Part shown: one piece after another, positions 10,001-18,815 of the stretch
How the letters are laid out: the number at the start of each line of letters is the position of its first letter
Position numbering within the stretch: the first letter of the stretch is position 1
Origin: Candidatus Micrarchaeota archaeon
Lineage (GTDB): Archaea > Micrarchaeota > Micrarchaeia > Micrarchaeales > Micrarchaeaceae
Assembly (NCBI GenBank): GCA_021818545.1
Contig: JAKATX010000001.1
Location: 47,061-111,060, forward strand
Reading direction: 5' to 3'
DNA: 64,000 nucleotides
The notes under the pieces: generated by a model
The model's database searches: none
What the model saw: the letters and a program-made list of their open reading frames with translations, nothing else
Told to the model about the DNA's origin: nothing
Made by a program: the position numbers and the translations under genes

Positions 10001-13000
10001 GTGACGGAGTTGCCCGATGCGACTGCAGTGCCCGATGAGCTGCATGAGGAGCCTGTTGATGAGTACCATTTGTAGGAGTATGGTGAGGTGCCGCCGGTTA
10101 TGTTTGCAGTAAGCGTGATCGACTGGCCGTCGTCTATTGAGGGGTTAAGCGGCGTTGGGCTGCCTGCGGATAGCACAGGGTTGACCTTTACTATGGTATT
10201 GCCTGAAGTTAGAGTTGGGGGGTTTGCGGATGAATCTGACACTGTGTAGCAGAATAAGGTGTTTGATGTCGGGGAGTTTGTGACCGTGACGGAGTTGCCC
10301 GATGCGACTGCAGTGCCCGATGAGCTGCATGAGGAGCCTGTTGATGAGTACCATTTGTATGTGTATGGAGTTGTGCCGCCGGATGGATTCGCGGTCAGCG
10401 TTATGTATTGACCGCTGTCTATTGAAGGGTTCGATGGCGTGGGGCTGCCTGCGGATAATGATGGATTTACTGACACTAGAGTGTTGCCTGATGTCAATGT
10501 CACAGGGGAATTGGCAGCGCTGTCGGTTACCGTGTAGCAGTAACGTACTGCGATTAATGGTGATGTGGAATATGAATTGGAGGTCGCACTAGAAATCAAT
10601 GTACTCGAGGAATTACATGACGTGCTAGTGGATCTATACCACTGAAATGTGTATGGTGGGGTGCCGCCGGATATGTTTGCAGTAAGCGTGATCGACTGGC
10701 CGTCGTCTATTGAGGGGTTAAGCGGTATAGGGCTGCCTGCGGATAATGATGGATTGACAGTCACTAGGCTGTTGCCTGATGTCAACACAGGGGGGTTTGT
10801 AGATGTGTCTGACACGGAATAGCAGAATAGGGTGTTTGATGTCGGGGAGTTTGTGACCGTGACGGAGTTGCCCGATGCGACTTTATCGCCTGATGACCTG
10901 CAAGCACCGCTAGGGGAACTGTACCATTGGTAGGAGTATGGCGGGGAACCTCCAGATGGATTCGCGGTCAGCGTGATCGACTGGCCAGTATCTATTGAGG
11001 GGTTCGATGGCGTGGGGCTGCCCACCAATAGCGATGAATTGACCGTAACTAACGTGTTGCCTGATGTCAATGTTACTGGGGAATTTGCTGCACTGTCGGT
11101 TACCGTGTAGCAGAATAGGGTGTTTGATGTCGGGGAGTTTGTGACCGTGACGGAGTTGCCCGATGCGACTGCAGTGCCCGATGAGCTGCATGAGGAGCCT
11201 GTTGATGAGTACCATTTGTATGTGTATGGGGTTGTGCCGCCGGATGGATTCGCAGTAAGCGTGATCGACTGGCCAGTATCTATTGAGGGGTTAAGCGGCG
11301 TTGGGCTGCCTGCGGATAATGATGGATTTACTTTCACTAACGTGTTGCCTGATGTCAATGTTACTGGGGAATTTGCTGCACTGTCGGTTACCGTGTAGCA
11401 GAATAGGGTGTTTGATGTCGGGGAGTTTGTGACCGTGACGGAGTTGCCCGATGCGACTGCAGTGCCCGATGAGCTGCATGAGGAGCCCGTCGATGAGTAC
11501 CATTTGTAGGAGTATGGCGGGGTGCCGCCGGATATGTTTGCAGTAAGCGTGATCGACTGGCCAGTATCTATTGAGGGGTTAAGCGGCGTTGGGCTGCCTG
11601 CGGATAATGATGGATTGACAGTCACCAAAGCATTTTCTGATGTGACAGTTTGATTTATGGTAGCGGAATCTGTTACGGCCATACAAAACCTTGTGCTAGT
11701 AGTAGGAGAATTTGTTATTACAGTGCTTGTTCCGCCTGCCACTATTGAGTTGGATGGACCGCATGACAGCCCAGTAGAGGAGTACCACTGGTAGGAGTAT
11801 GGGGCTGTGCCGCCGTAAGCTCCGCTAGTCAATGTTATGAACTGACCCCGGTCTATGCTCACCGCATTCGGAGACACGGAATTGGCAACCAATGCAGGGT
11901 TGACAGTCACTGCATCAACCATAGAATTCATCGTGACTGGTGTGCTCGCAGAGTCTGTAACGCCTATGCAATATCCGTTAGTTGAGGTTGGCGAAACTAT
12001 GAGTGAATTGGAGAGCGTTGATATCCCAGTGTATGTCGCCAATACATTTGCTGCATCCTGCGCACAAGTATTGCCGCTTGGTCCTGCGTACCACGTAGCC
12101 GTGTAAGGAGCCGTGCCGCCTGTCCACGACCCAGTCAGCGTTATGCCCTGCCCATTATCGATTAAAGGAGAGTTAGGGGACAGTACCAGAGCGGACATGG
12201 CGGAGTTCACTAAGATGGAGTTAGGGATCGAGTTAAATACGTAGCTTGACGCCCCAGTATCTGTCGATATGGCATTGTACGTGAACGTTCCTGTATTACT
12301 AGTCACGAAAGATATCGTATTGCTGCCTCCCGGCAATGCTATTGTCACGTTAGCCCCTTGTCGTGTACCTCCGGTTATGTTGAATAACTCGACGTTGAAA
12401 GGGCCTGCACCGTTGACTATGCGCATAGTGTATGTCTCCGTCTGGCCAGAATCTAAGGTCGTAGCGCTTGGAGTTATCGAAATTGAAGGCGATGGGAACA
12501 CATAAGCGGCCATGGCTGTGCTGCCGCTTCCGCTCAGTGCTGCAGTGACGGAGTAACTTCCTTTGGCCTGCCCGGCACAGGTCGCTATGTATATACCTTC
12601 ATATATGTCACTGGGGTTGCTGTTGTTCACGAACTGCTGCTTCACACATCCAGTCGGTATTGCAACAGATTTTATGTTATAGTATCCGGAAGCAACCATT
12701 ATGACAGTGAAAGACCCTTGAGTATTGACGGTGTATGAAAGGGCGGATGGGCGGGCTGTGCTGCTTGAAGACGTGCTGAATAATGTATAGTTCGCTGCAT
12801 TGGTGCCCAATCCACCTACAACTAGGCCGGGATAGGCGACGCCAGATACGCTTGCAGTACAGACGTTGCTGGTCTGGTGGCCTATTGATGCGTTTGCGCT
12901 GTTTTTCAATGACGCGCCTGCCGGTGCGCTGACATCACTAGTCCATGAGAAAGGCTGACCTGTTTTGGCGAAAGTGTAATTGGCGCCTGCTTCGCACAGA

Positions 13001-14094
13001 TAAAGAGAGTAACCAGAAGGCAAGGTAAGCGAGACTGAACTCGTCTCACCGACCGCATTTCCCGTATTGAATGAGATCGCGTATATGGAGAAGGAATTGG
13101 ATACTGCCCCATACTCGTAGTAGCCATTAGAGTAGTTCAACATTGACGTTGGAAGCGGATTCCAACTGTCGTTTATGTACTTGTACAGCCTGACCTGAGA
13201 TGGCTGTATTTTCATAGAGTTTATCCAGCTCTGGTTGACCCTGAAGAAATAGTCTGCTTCGCTTATGTAACTGTCAGATACTGAGCTATTTATTGTGAAG
13301 TAGCTGTATGAGCTCGATAGTGTTGGCACGCCTTTCGGCCCGGACTTTGTGAAGGAAATACTGAGGTTCATTTCAGGGAAGGAAGACCTTGGCGTCATGT
13401 ACAGTGAGTACAACGTACTGCCATTGTTGCCAACCATGATCGGATTTGATATGCCTGCGTACACCCCTTTGACATGCACATTGGTAGAGCTCGCAGAATT
13501 GCTGAAAGAGAGGTCCAAGTTCCTGAATTGTATTCCAGAGCTAGCGGTCGCGTAACCAACGGTAACGTTCTCTTCGCATCGGATCGTGTTGCATGATTTA
13601 ATCACGTAGGGCGATGAAGTAGTCGTGCCCGCCGCGGATTGTGCCTTCCCATTTCTACGCGAAAGCATCTGCGACATCTGTGTTGTTATATTGCTCTCAA
13701 TTCGCGTGATTTGGACGGTGCGGCCTGCTGCCACCGCAATCTCGTCAGGATAAGCGATAGTTGTCGTAGTAATTGATGTGGAATTAGGCGGAGCTATGGA
13801 AGGCGTCTTTAATGCTGTGGAATTGGAAACGCTGGGCGCCATGGTTGCAATGTTTAGCGACGTACCAGTTGGCGCGCTAATTTTCAAAGCATAGGTGTTT
13901 ACATTAGAACTTGATGCCGCATAGTTGTTCATATGCCACGTACTATTAACAGAACCTGCATCGCCGATGACGCCGGAATTTGATATGAGCAGTGCGATTC
14001 CGCTCATGATGATCAACAGTATGTAAATGGTGGCTGTTGTGCGCATTTTAACACATGCTAGGGTTTGCTTGTAGCGGTTATTGCGGGCGATCAT
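4072..14094 (-). CDS. Giant Ser/Thr-rich cell-surface protein: signal/TM segment, PGF-pre-PGF-like domain, tandem beta-sandwich-like repeats, Gly linker, C-terminal TM helix, cytoplasmic domain
   Basis: Uninterrupted 3340-aa ORF (likely start Met at 14046); hydrophobic N-terminus; many GGTxPYxYxW repeats; poly-Gly linker; TM YLIILIILAVALTPPSLVIL followed by basic HTRRK. Confidence 0.9.
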   Translation of the reverse strand: MIARNNRYKQTLACVKMRTTATIYILLIIMSGIALLISNSGVIGDAGSVNSTWHMNNYAASSSNVNTYALKISAPTGTSLNIATMAPSVSNSTALKTPSIAPPNSTSITTTTIAYPDEIAVAAGRTVQITRIESNITTQMSQMLSRRNGKAQSAAGTTTSSPYVIKSCNTIRCEENVTVGYATASSGIQFRNLDLSFSNSASSTNVHVKGVYAGISNPIMVGNNGSTLYSLYMTPRSSFPEMNLSISFTKSGPKGVPTLSSSYSYFTINSSVSDSYISEADYFFRVNQSWINSMKIQPSQVRLYKYINDSWNPLPTSMLNYSNGYYEYGAVSNSFSIYAISFNTGNAVGETSSVSLTLPSGYSLYLCEAGANYTFAKTGQPFSWTSDVSAPAGASLKNSANASIGHQTSNVCTASVSGVAYPGLVVGGLGTNAANYTLFSTSSSSTARPSALSYTVNTQGSFTVIMVASGYYNIKSVAIPTGCVKQQFVNNSNPSDIYEGIYIATCAGQAKGSYSVTAALSGSGSTAMAAYVFPSPSISITPSATTLDSGQTETYTMRIVNGAGPFNVELFNITGGTRQGANVTIALPGGSNTISFVTSNTGTFTYNAISTDTGASSYVFNSIPNSILVNSAMSALVLSPNSPLIDNGQGITLTGSWTGGTAPYTATWYAGPSGNTCAQDAANVLATYTGISTLSNSLIVSPTSTNGYCIGVTDSASTPVTMNSMVDAVTVNPALVANSVSPNAVSIDRGQFITLTSGAYGGTAPYSYQWYSSTGLSCGPSNSIVAGGTSTVITNSPTTSTRFCMAVTDSATINQTVTSENALVTVNPSLSAGSPTPLNPSIDTGQSITLTANISGGTPPYSYKWYSSTGSSCSSSGTAVASGNSVTVTNSPTSNTLFCYTVTDSAANSPVTLTSGNTLVKVNPSLSAGSPTPLNPSIDTGQSITLTANPSGGTTPYTYKWYSSTGSSCSSSGTAVASGNSVTVTNSPTSNTLFCYTVTDSAANSPVTLTSGNTLVTVNSSLLVGSPTPSNPSIDTGQSITLTANPSGGSPPYSYQWYSSPSGACRSSGDKVASGNSVTVTNSPTSNTLFCYSVSDTSTNPPVLTSGNSLVTVNPSLSAGSPIPLNPSIDDGQSITLTANISGGTPPYTFQWYRSTSTSCNSSSTLISSATSNSYSTSPLIAVRYCYTVTDSAANSPVTLTSGNTLVSVNPSLSAGSPTPSNPSIDSGQYITLTANPSGGTTPYTYKWYSSTGSSCSSSGTAVASGNSVTVTNSPTSNTLFCYTVSDSSANPPTLTSGNTIVKVNPVLSAGSPTPLNPSIDDGQSITLTANITGGTSPYSYKWYSSTGSSCSSSGTAVASGNSVTVTNSPIINTMFCYTVTDSAANSPVTLTSGNTLVTVNPSLSAGSPTPLNPSIDSGQYITLAAHISGGTTPYTYKWYSSTGSSCSSSGTAVASGNSVTVTNSPTSNTLFCYTVSDSSANPPTLTSGNTIVKVNPVLSAGSPTPLNPSIDTGQSITLTANISGGTPPYSYQWYYSTSHSCSSSNIMATSGNAVTITNSPTINTMFCYTVTDSAANSPVTLTSGNTLVTVNPSLSAGSPTPSNFIMDTGQSITLTANPSGGTTPYTYQWYSSTGSSCGSSNTLVTSGNSVTVTNSPTSNTLFCYTVTDSAANSPVTLTSGNTLAIVSNAPSLSISPSNITLDSGQIETYTIKETGGTGPFNIELYNVSGSKKQGSNLTIQSPGGSNTISFTVNSPASSNTFTYNATATDTGTSVHFVFISAQNSILVNPALAEPSITPNSPAYDIGQKATLAGNWSGGTAPYTVNWTISDGNTIVYNSIYIGTVASNSITFSSNALGAGSFNAILHVNDSATTTVKLASSTHVVEISNTMSNLALTPNSPSYDIGQKATLAGNWSGGTPPYTFNLTISNGSAVVYNSLFRSSTTSNNVVFAVNSLGSGSYNAILNVTDSATNAVKLTSVVDTININSGLVSPSKPLELNEKADQGQTATIFTAIPSTGTPPYSYIWLVETPTSNGNFIQSNSTICTKPSGSNTPSGNTVICSFVTNGLTAIGNYTFKLNVTDSATVPVTVSSGSNAITLNAAFTAPSTPIITNPKLDQGQTATITANMPSTGTPPYSYIWLSSFNGGVFVTAPECSNSTGSNQNSGNAITCAFATTANTATGNYLFKLQVNDSATTPSITTSSSDGVVLNKAITAPSAPTIFASKLDADQPESVTALIPSTGTSPYSYSWLVSVNSGNYVSATQCTANTGSNQNSGNTVTCSISGNTLSSGSTYNFELQVSDSASTQETASSPGSQTITVASKLSAPSVPLPSAPILDVNQAESVTGTMPSTGTPPYSYTWLVSANGGTYSTATQCTANTGSNQNSGNTVTCSISGNTLSSGSTYNFELQVSDSATISESVISPASNSISVSSQLTAPSAPTIFASKLDADQPESVTALIPSTGTSPYSYSWLVSVNSGNYVSATQCTANTGSNQNSGNTVTCSISGNTLSSGSTYNFELQVSDSASTQETASSPGSQTITVASKLSAPSVPLPSAPILDVNQAESVTGTMPSTGTPPYSYTWLVSANGGTYSTATQCTANTGSNQNSGNTVTCSISGNTLTAGDSYNLKLQIVDSASTSETLSSLNSNTIKVNSKLTPPSAPTIDNTTIDQGALSTIIGTMPSTGSPPFSYNWLVEAPNTDSFTAANSVLCQTPSGYNQNSGNTIFCQFLTNSLTTTGNYIFELNVTDGASFPESAISQPSNHVRVYSFTASMDVINETSSINATKNSTVNITVAQGSKVSLNVSIGANSGIGPFTVDIYQLDPTVIASATIPVGGGSHNFDLTFNTGGSITLVTAITDSGTSPPYTFNMSTTKVKVIPPLAPSSGGGGGGGGGSTTSSTTSQGSSGPSGPTVAASGPLCYTVSDFATFNHVTIYFPGLSRSFFIYQSVISTNYSTEIINGNTTINTYLNANVTIGRINDSNFILRLTNITYVPALHTISLEVCEPAITVPVAANTTIALTAQNGTITAISSNHNNTVELIHGNTILSTGIGIAEYNITRLLPGNYTIIGKDEVSGSYSTIYVSRAKLVPKLEFIKECSNYPYNGTACVTKAEILTGGNQLNATLSVNNGSVGSTFYQISSTQQTVGNYTYVFSTAGNANYTANSISYSYKILPQNVGVSVLGLIFSDSSRLLDAIEDYLILIILAVALTPPSLVILHTRRKADVVGRFLWGLSNGWSLSGVGKVRYAISRNNAEGVVAISDSALEDSKINAALKFARKKKVRIFLVDPESTQGSILKLHDDIGVVLWAKSKKENSHPLLKKEERIILKHIKALLDRL
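6233..7452. repeat. Direct repeat of ~554 bp at 666-bp period, built of 333-bp (111-aa) units
   Basis: 6233-6786 matches 6899-7452 (identical shadow ORFs at 6420 and 7086); a ~78-bp core recurs at 6233, 6566, 6899 and 7232. Confidence 0.92.
9035..11620. repeat. Nine tandem 285/288-bp coding repeats (95-96 aa, two Cys each)
   Basis: Unit VNPSLSAGSPTPLNPSIDxGQSITLTAN.SGGT.PY.Y.WYSSTGSSC...FCYTVTDS repeated nine times with long identical DNA stretches; two more diverged units lie N-terminal. Confidence 0.92.
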
Positions 14095-14656
14095 TGTGGC
14101 AAGTCATTGTCAATGGAGCTTGAATTACGGTGTCACGCCAGTATATGGTTTTTCGTCGTCAAATAAGCAACTATCATTTTTTTATACTAAGGTGCAGTTG
14201 CAAATATTTTATATGAAAGGAGAGGACCGCACTGCACATTGCGTGCAAATGACCGCCGCTCCGTACAACGTATATTGCAATTGCAAAGGCAGGCCGCCGA
14301 ACGCGCGCAACTTCATGTGAACTATGGCGGGTGCCAGTGGTGCCTTAATGACGTACGATTTTGCCATTAATTATGGTGTTAGGTTCCTCTCAACGCATGA
14401 ATTTAAATGTATGTGGTATGGCGCGATTATACAGGTATGTGGATCCATCCATTGCCGTCAGGAACATGTAAAAAATTTTTATATATTATGCTGACCACTG
14501 AACATAATAGGACGTATTTGCACGGATCCCCCAACCTTAATTAAGTATGGCAAACCCTCGCATATACAACAGGAGCATAGGGCACATATCTGGGAGTTTG
14601 CATCATACCCACCTTTTTATGGCAATGTTTTTAAGACTGACAATGTAATAACTTTT

Positions 14657-16273
14657 ATGCAGACCAAGTACATAGTCGTCATGGGCTCGCTGCTGAGCGG
14701 GCTTGGAAAGGGCATAATAACCGCTTCCTTAGCAAAGCTTCTTTCCATGCACGGCATAAAGGCGATGCCGCTGAAATTCGACGGCTACCTCAACTACGAC
14801 TGCGGCACCATGAATCCTTTCAGACATGGGGAGGTCTTCGTCCTCGATGACAAAAGCGAGGTAGACATGGATTTCGGTAACTACGAGAGGTTCCTGAACA
14901 CTGATCTTAATGGGGAATTCTCGCTCACTGGGGGGAAGATATTCAGCGCGATAATAGAGAAAGAGCGAAAAGGCGACTTCCTTGGCAATGATGTGCAGTT
15001 CGTGCCTCACGTCGCCGATTATATAACAGGTTATGTGACGGGGGTGGCAAAAAGGAACAAGCTGGATGTGATGCTTATAGAAGTCGGGGGCACGGTAGGC
15101 GACATAGAGAATGGATACTTCATAGAGGCTATGAGGGAGCTTGCATCCGAGGAGAAGGTCGTTTTCGTTAATCTTACTTACATACCCGAACTGGGCGCAG
15201 TAGGCGAACAGAAGACAAAACCGACGCAGATAGCGCTAAGGAACATGATGCAACTTGGGATTAGGCCAGGCTTCATAATATGCAGGTCTGAGAAGGCGCT
15301 CGGCGAAGCTGCAAAGAAAAAGGTGGCCCTCTTCGCAAATGTGGATGAGGGCGCAGTGATCGATGACAGGGATTCCGATAACATATACAGGACTCCGCTC
15401 CATCTTCTGGACCAGGGCTTAGACAGAATGATGATCAAGGCGCTGGGGCTAAAACCAAAAAGTGGCGACAAACTGTTCCGGAAGAGCGTCGCATCATGGC
15501 GCTCGCTTTGCGACGCGATAGACAAAAATGGATCCAGAGTCAACATAGGGATAGTTGGCAAGTATACACAGCTCCACGATGCGTATGCAAGCGTTAAGGA
15601 GGCTATAACGCACGCGGCAGGGCGCAATGGCGTCGGGGTAGAAGTGCGTTGGATAGATTCTGAGTCGCTTGAGGGAAGTCGCGACAATGCCGAAAAAATG
15701 CTTGAAGGCATCGACGGCATAGTGGTGCCAGGCGGATTTGGGAAGAGGGGCGTTGAGGGCATGATAACTGCGATACAGTATGCAAGGACGAATGGCGTGC
15801 CTTACCTTGGTTTGTGCCTTGGTATGCAGCTTATGGCGGTAGAGTATGCCAGGAACGTTTGCATGCTAAAAGGCGCCAACTCGACTGAATTCGATCCGAA
15901 GGCGGCTTACAAGATAGTGGATATGTTGCCCGGCCAGGAAGCCGCGGCTAAAGGAGGCACCATGCGGCTGGGACTGTGGACCGCAGACATAATGAAAGGA
16001 ACGGAAGCGCACAGGGCTTATGGATCGGAAAGGATCAGTGAAAGGCACAGGCACAGATACGAGATAAACAATCATTACAGGAAGAGGCTTGCGGAGGCGG
16101 GCCTTGTCGTAAGCGCGATCAATAGGGACAGGGATCTTGTCGAGATTCTCGAGTGGAAAGGCTCGTTTGGCATAGGGACGCAGGCCCACCCTGAACTCGA
16201 GTCAAGGCTGGAGAGGCCCCATCCGCTATTCATATCGCTCATAAAGGCCGCAAAGGCTAGGGCAGGTGCATGA
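14657..16273 (+). CDS. pyrG: CTP synthase
   Basis: SGLGKG, GTMNPFRHGEVFV, GLCLGMQ, ERHRHRYE and HPE motifs. Confidence 0.98.
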   Translation: MQTKYIVVMGSLLSGLGKGIITASLAKLLSMHGIKAMPLKFDGYLNYDCGTMNPFRHGEVFVLDDKSEVDMDFGNYERFLNTDLNGEFSLTGGKIFSAIIEKERKGDFLGNDVQFVPHVADYITGYVTGVAKRNKLDVMLIEVGGTVGDIENGYFIEAMRELASEEKVVFVNLTYIPELGAVGEQKTKPTQIALRNMMQLGIRPGFIICRSEKALGEAAKKKVALFANVDEGAVIDDRDSDNIYRTPLHLLDQGLDRMMIKALGLKPKSGDKLFRKSVASWRSLCDAIDKNGSRVNIGIVGKYTQLHDAYASVKEAITHAAGRNGVGVEVRWIDSESLEGSRDNAEKMLEGIDGIVVPGGFGKRGVEGMITAIQYARTNGVPYLGLCLGMQLMAVEYARNVCMLKGANSTEFDPKAAYKIVDMLPGQEAAAKGGTMRLGLWTADIMKGTEAHRAYGSERISERHRHRYEINNHYRKRLAEAGLVVSAINRDRDLVEILEWKGSFGIGTQAHPELESRLERPHPLFISLIKAAKARAGA

Positions 16274-16367
16274 AATGCGCCTTAAGCCTGGCAGACCCTT
16301 AAGGTTGAATAAGTTTTATCTATTTTTGCAGGAAAATGTCGTATGGTCTTTTTAAGGCGTAGATTGA

Positions 16368-18809
16368 ATGGAGGGCATGCATAATTCTACAGTAGGCCAT
16401 GAGGAAGGAGCGAAGCCCATGACACGCAAGCATTACAATGCAGTCAGCATGGCGAATGCAGTGGTGAGAAACGGCAACCTGCGGTTAGGGGTTGCGCTTT
16501 TCATAGTGTACCTGGCTTTCGCCTGCATAGCGTTCTATCCGCTGACCTCCAACATTACGGGCAACGCGCCCGGATCCGGCGGCACCGCCTACCAGAATCT
16601 CTGGGACTTATGGTGGCCCGGCTATGCGCTGCTTAGCCTGCACTCGAACATTTACTTCACGAACCTGCTCTACACGCCGCTGGGCGTCAACCTTGTGTCT
16701 GACAGCTTCGCGCCGCTAATGGGGCTCCTGTCGCTGCCGTTCCAGGCGGTCAACCTCGCCTTCGCCTACAACATTATGCTGCTCATTGGATTCGCCCTTT
16801 CGGGAGTCACGATGTTCATACTTGCGGATTACATAGTCAAGGACAAGCGCGCCGCATTCGCAGCAGGGCTCATCTTCGCATTCAGCGCGTTCCACATCGC
16901 ACAAGGTTACGCCAACATAAGCTGGATAAACGTAGAATGGGTGCCACTGGCGCTTTACTTTGCGATAAGGATGGTGAGAGGTGAGGCCAATTACACAAAC
17001 GCATTTGAGCTGGGCGCATCGGCGATGCTGGCCGTGTTCATGGGCGGGATGGAGCAGGGCGTCGAGATCTTCATGACGGTAGTGCTCGTACTCAGCGCGT
17101 ATGCCTTATGGAAAAGCACCAGGAAGAGGGTGCTAGACCGCAGGCTCGTTACATTCATGACAGCCGCGCTGGCCGTCGCGTTCATACTTGGTTCATGGGG
17201 CTTCATTCCGATGATCAATGCCGCGCTGCAACCTTCCGGGGCGGCGCAGAGCCTCGCGTATAACAATGTGACTTACAGCAACGCGTGGAGCGACAGCCCG
17301 CTTTCATTCTTCGTTCCGAGCTATTACAACGGCCTTTTCGATAACAACCCCGCCACTTACTTTACTTCTGTGAACCAGAGCGGAAGCGTTAGCTCCCTGT
17401 TCCTGCCGTATCCCAGCGAAAGAATCGCTTATATCGGCTACTTGGCCCTTGCGCTCGCACTTTACGGCATTTACGTAGACTACAGGAGAAGCTTCCTATG
17501 GATGGGCCTTGCGGCCATATTCGGGATATTGTGCCTGGGGCCTGCCGCGCTGCTGTATTCCGCTTATAACGCCATACCTATTATAAACATAATAAGCCAG
17601 CCAGACCGGTTCTATCTGGTGTTCAGCATCGCCATTGCGATCATGGCCGCCTTCGGATTCAAGGACGTGCTGGGCAGATTGGGCAGCAATGCAGGTGGCC
17701 GCAACAGGATAATGCTGGCAATGGCGCTATTCGTGATAATATTCATGGTAGAGAACAACGGCGTTGCGCTGAGCAGACCGCTCGGGAGCCAGGTCACCAT
17801 AAACGCCACGATACCGCCATTCTATAGCTTCATAGGCACAAACAGCACCTACTCCGGCCTGAATTTCTCAGTATTGGAACTGCCAGTGATGCAGGACCAG
17901 TACTATTCCGCGGATCCCTCGCTTTTCGCGGGCCAGGCCGCGTATTACGAAACGGCGATGCATAAACCGATAGTAGGCGGCTTCGCCGGGCCGTTCAATA
18001 CCACGCAGAAGCTCTCGCTATGCAACGTTCCACTAATAGAAGCCGCCACTTACATCGAACAGGGCGACCAGAAGCAGCTCTCGCTATGCACTTATGGAGG
18101 AGGAGGCCCGACGTACACAATTGCAGAAGACGGATTGGAGTTCTCGCCAAAACCCACATTGCAGAGAACCAGGAACGAATCCTTGCTTCTTCTTAACGAT
18201 TACAACACCGGGTTCGTAGTAGTCAACAAGGATGCGTACAACCAGACATCGCTCAGCGAACTGCTTGGTTACCTTGTGGGCACATTCGGCAACTGGGTCT
18301 ACATGGACAACTACACAGTAGTGTTCTCCACGCTGAACGCAACTCTGAACGAGGAGTACAAGGGTTTCGTGACTTACCCGATACTGACACAGTGGGGCGC
18401 GGTGGAGGAGCTGGTCAACGGCACGCAGCAGTATTTCTGGACGCCGATCAAGAACGCCAGCGCCTTATATGGCGGCCTCATCGTATCTGCACCGTACGCG
18501 AACCAGAGCAACATAGCATCCAAGGCATTTTCTACTGCGACTTATTACGTGAACGCGAGCGTAACAGTCAATGCAGGGACGAACTTCGGAAACGCCAGCC
18601 TGCTTATTGACGAGGTCAGCGCGAGCGGCAACCCAAGGCAACTGGCAGACATCGCGCTTACGCCCAACTTCACAACCACGACATTCGACACAAGCCTGAT
18701 TTCAGGGCCGATGGGCAACACTCTATTCTTTGTGCAGAAGGTCGCAAACCCGGTGAATGGGGCGCAGCAACTCATCTTCATAAGGAACATATCCATAACG
18801 CAGCAGTGA
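16368..18809 (+). CDS. Polytopic membrane protein with large extracellular C-terminal domain (GT-C glycosyltransferase-like)
   Basis: About 12 hydrophobic segments; AFAAGLIFAFSAFH, YIGY and P.RF motifs typical of YfhO/GT-C-like proteins; many N-x-S/T sequons; start uncertain. Confidence 0.6.
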   Translation: MEGMHNSTVGHEEGAKPMTRKHYNAVSMANAVVRNGNLRLGVALFIVYLAFACIAFYPLTSNITGNAPGSGGTAYQNLWDLWWPGYALLSLHSNIYFTNLLYTPLGVNLVSDSFAPLMGLLSLPFQAVNLAFAYNIMLLIGFALSGVTMFILADYIVKDKRAAFAAGLIFAFSAFHIAQGYANISWINVEWVPLALYFAIRMVRGEANYTNAFELGASAMLAVFMGGMEQGVEIFMTVVLVLSAYALWKSTRKRVLDRRLVTFMTAALAVAFILGSWGFIPMINAALQPSGAAQSLAYNNVTYSNAWSDSPLSFFVPSYYNGLFDNNPATYFTSVNQSGSVSSLFLPYPSERIAYIGYLALALALYGIYVDYRRSFLWMGLAAIFGILCLGPAALLYSAYNAIPIINIISQPDRFYLVFSIAIAIMAAFGFKDVLGRLGSNAGGRNRIMLAMALFVIIFMVENNGVALSRPLGSQVTINATIPPFYSFIGTNSTYSGLNFSVLELPVMQDQYYSADPSLFAGQAAYYETAMHKPIVGGFAGPFNTTQKLSLCNVPLIEAATYIEQGDQKQLSLCTYGGGGPTYTIAEDGLEFSPKPTLQRTRNESLLLLNDYNTGFVVVNKDAYNQTSLSELLGYLVGTFGNWVYMDNYTVVFSTLNATLNEEYKGFVTYPILTQWGAVEELVNGTQQYFWTPIKNASALYGGLIVSAPYANQSNIASKAFSTATYYVNASVTVNAGTNFGNASLLIDEVSASGNPRQLADIALTPNFTTTTFDTSLISGPMGNTLFFVQKVANPVNGAQQLIFIRNISITQQ

Positions 18810-18815
18810 CCACGC

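Noticed and set aside
9035..11620. Regular repeats as a CRISPR array or DGR template/variable pair
   Set aside because: The period is 285-288 bp and in frame within one ORF; no unique spacers, cas genes or reverse transcriptase
14081..14320. 79-aa ORF upstream of the giant gene
   Set aside because: No recognisable motif; it crosses AT-rich promoter-like sequence
18010..18090. 15-bp direct repeat AGCTCTCGCTATGCA at 66-bp spacing
   Set aside because: Only two in-frame copies inside a CDS; most likely a small local duplication
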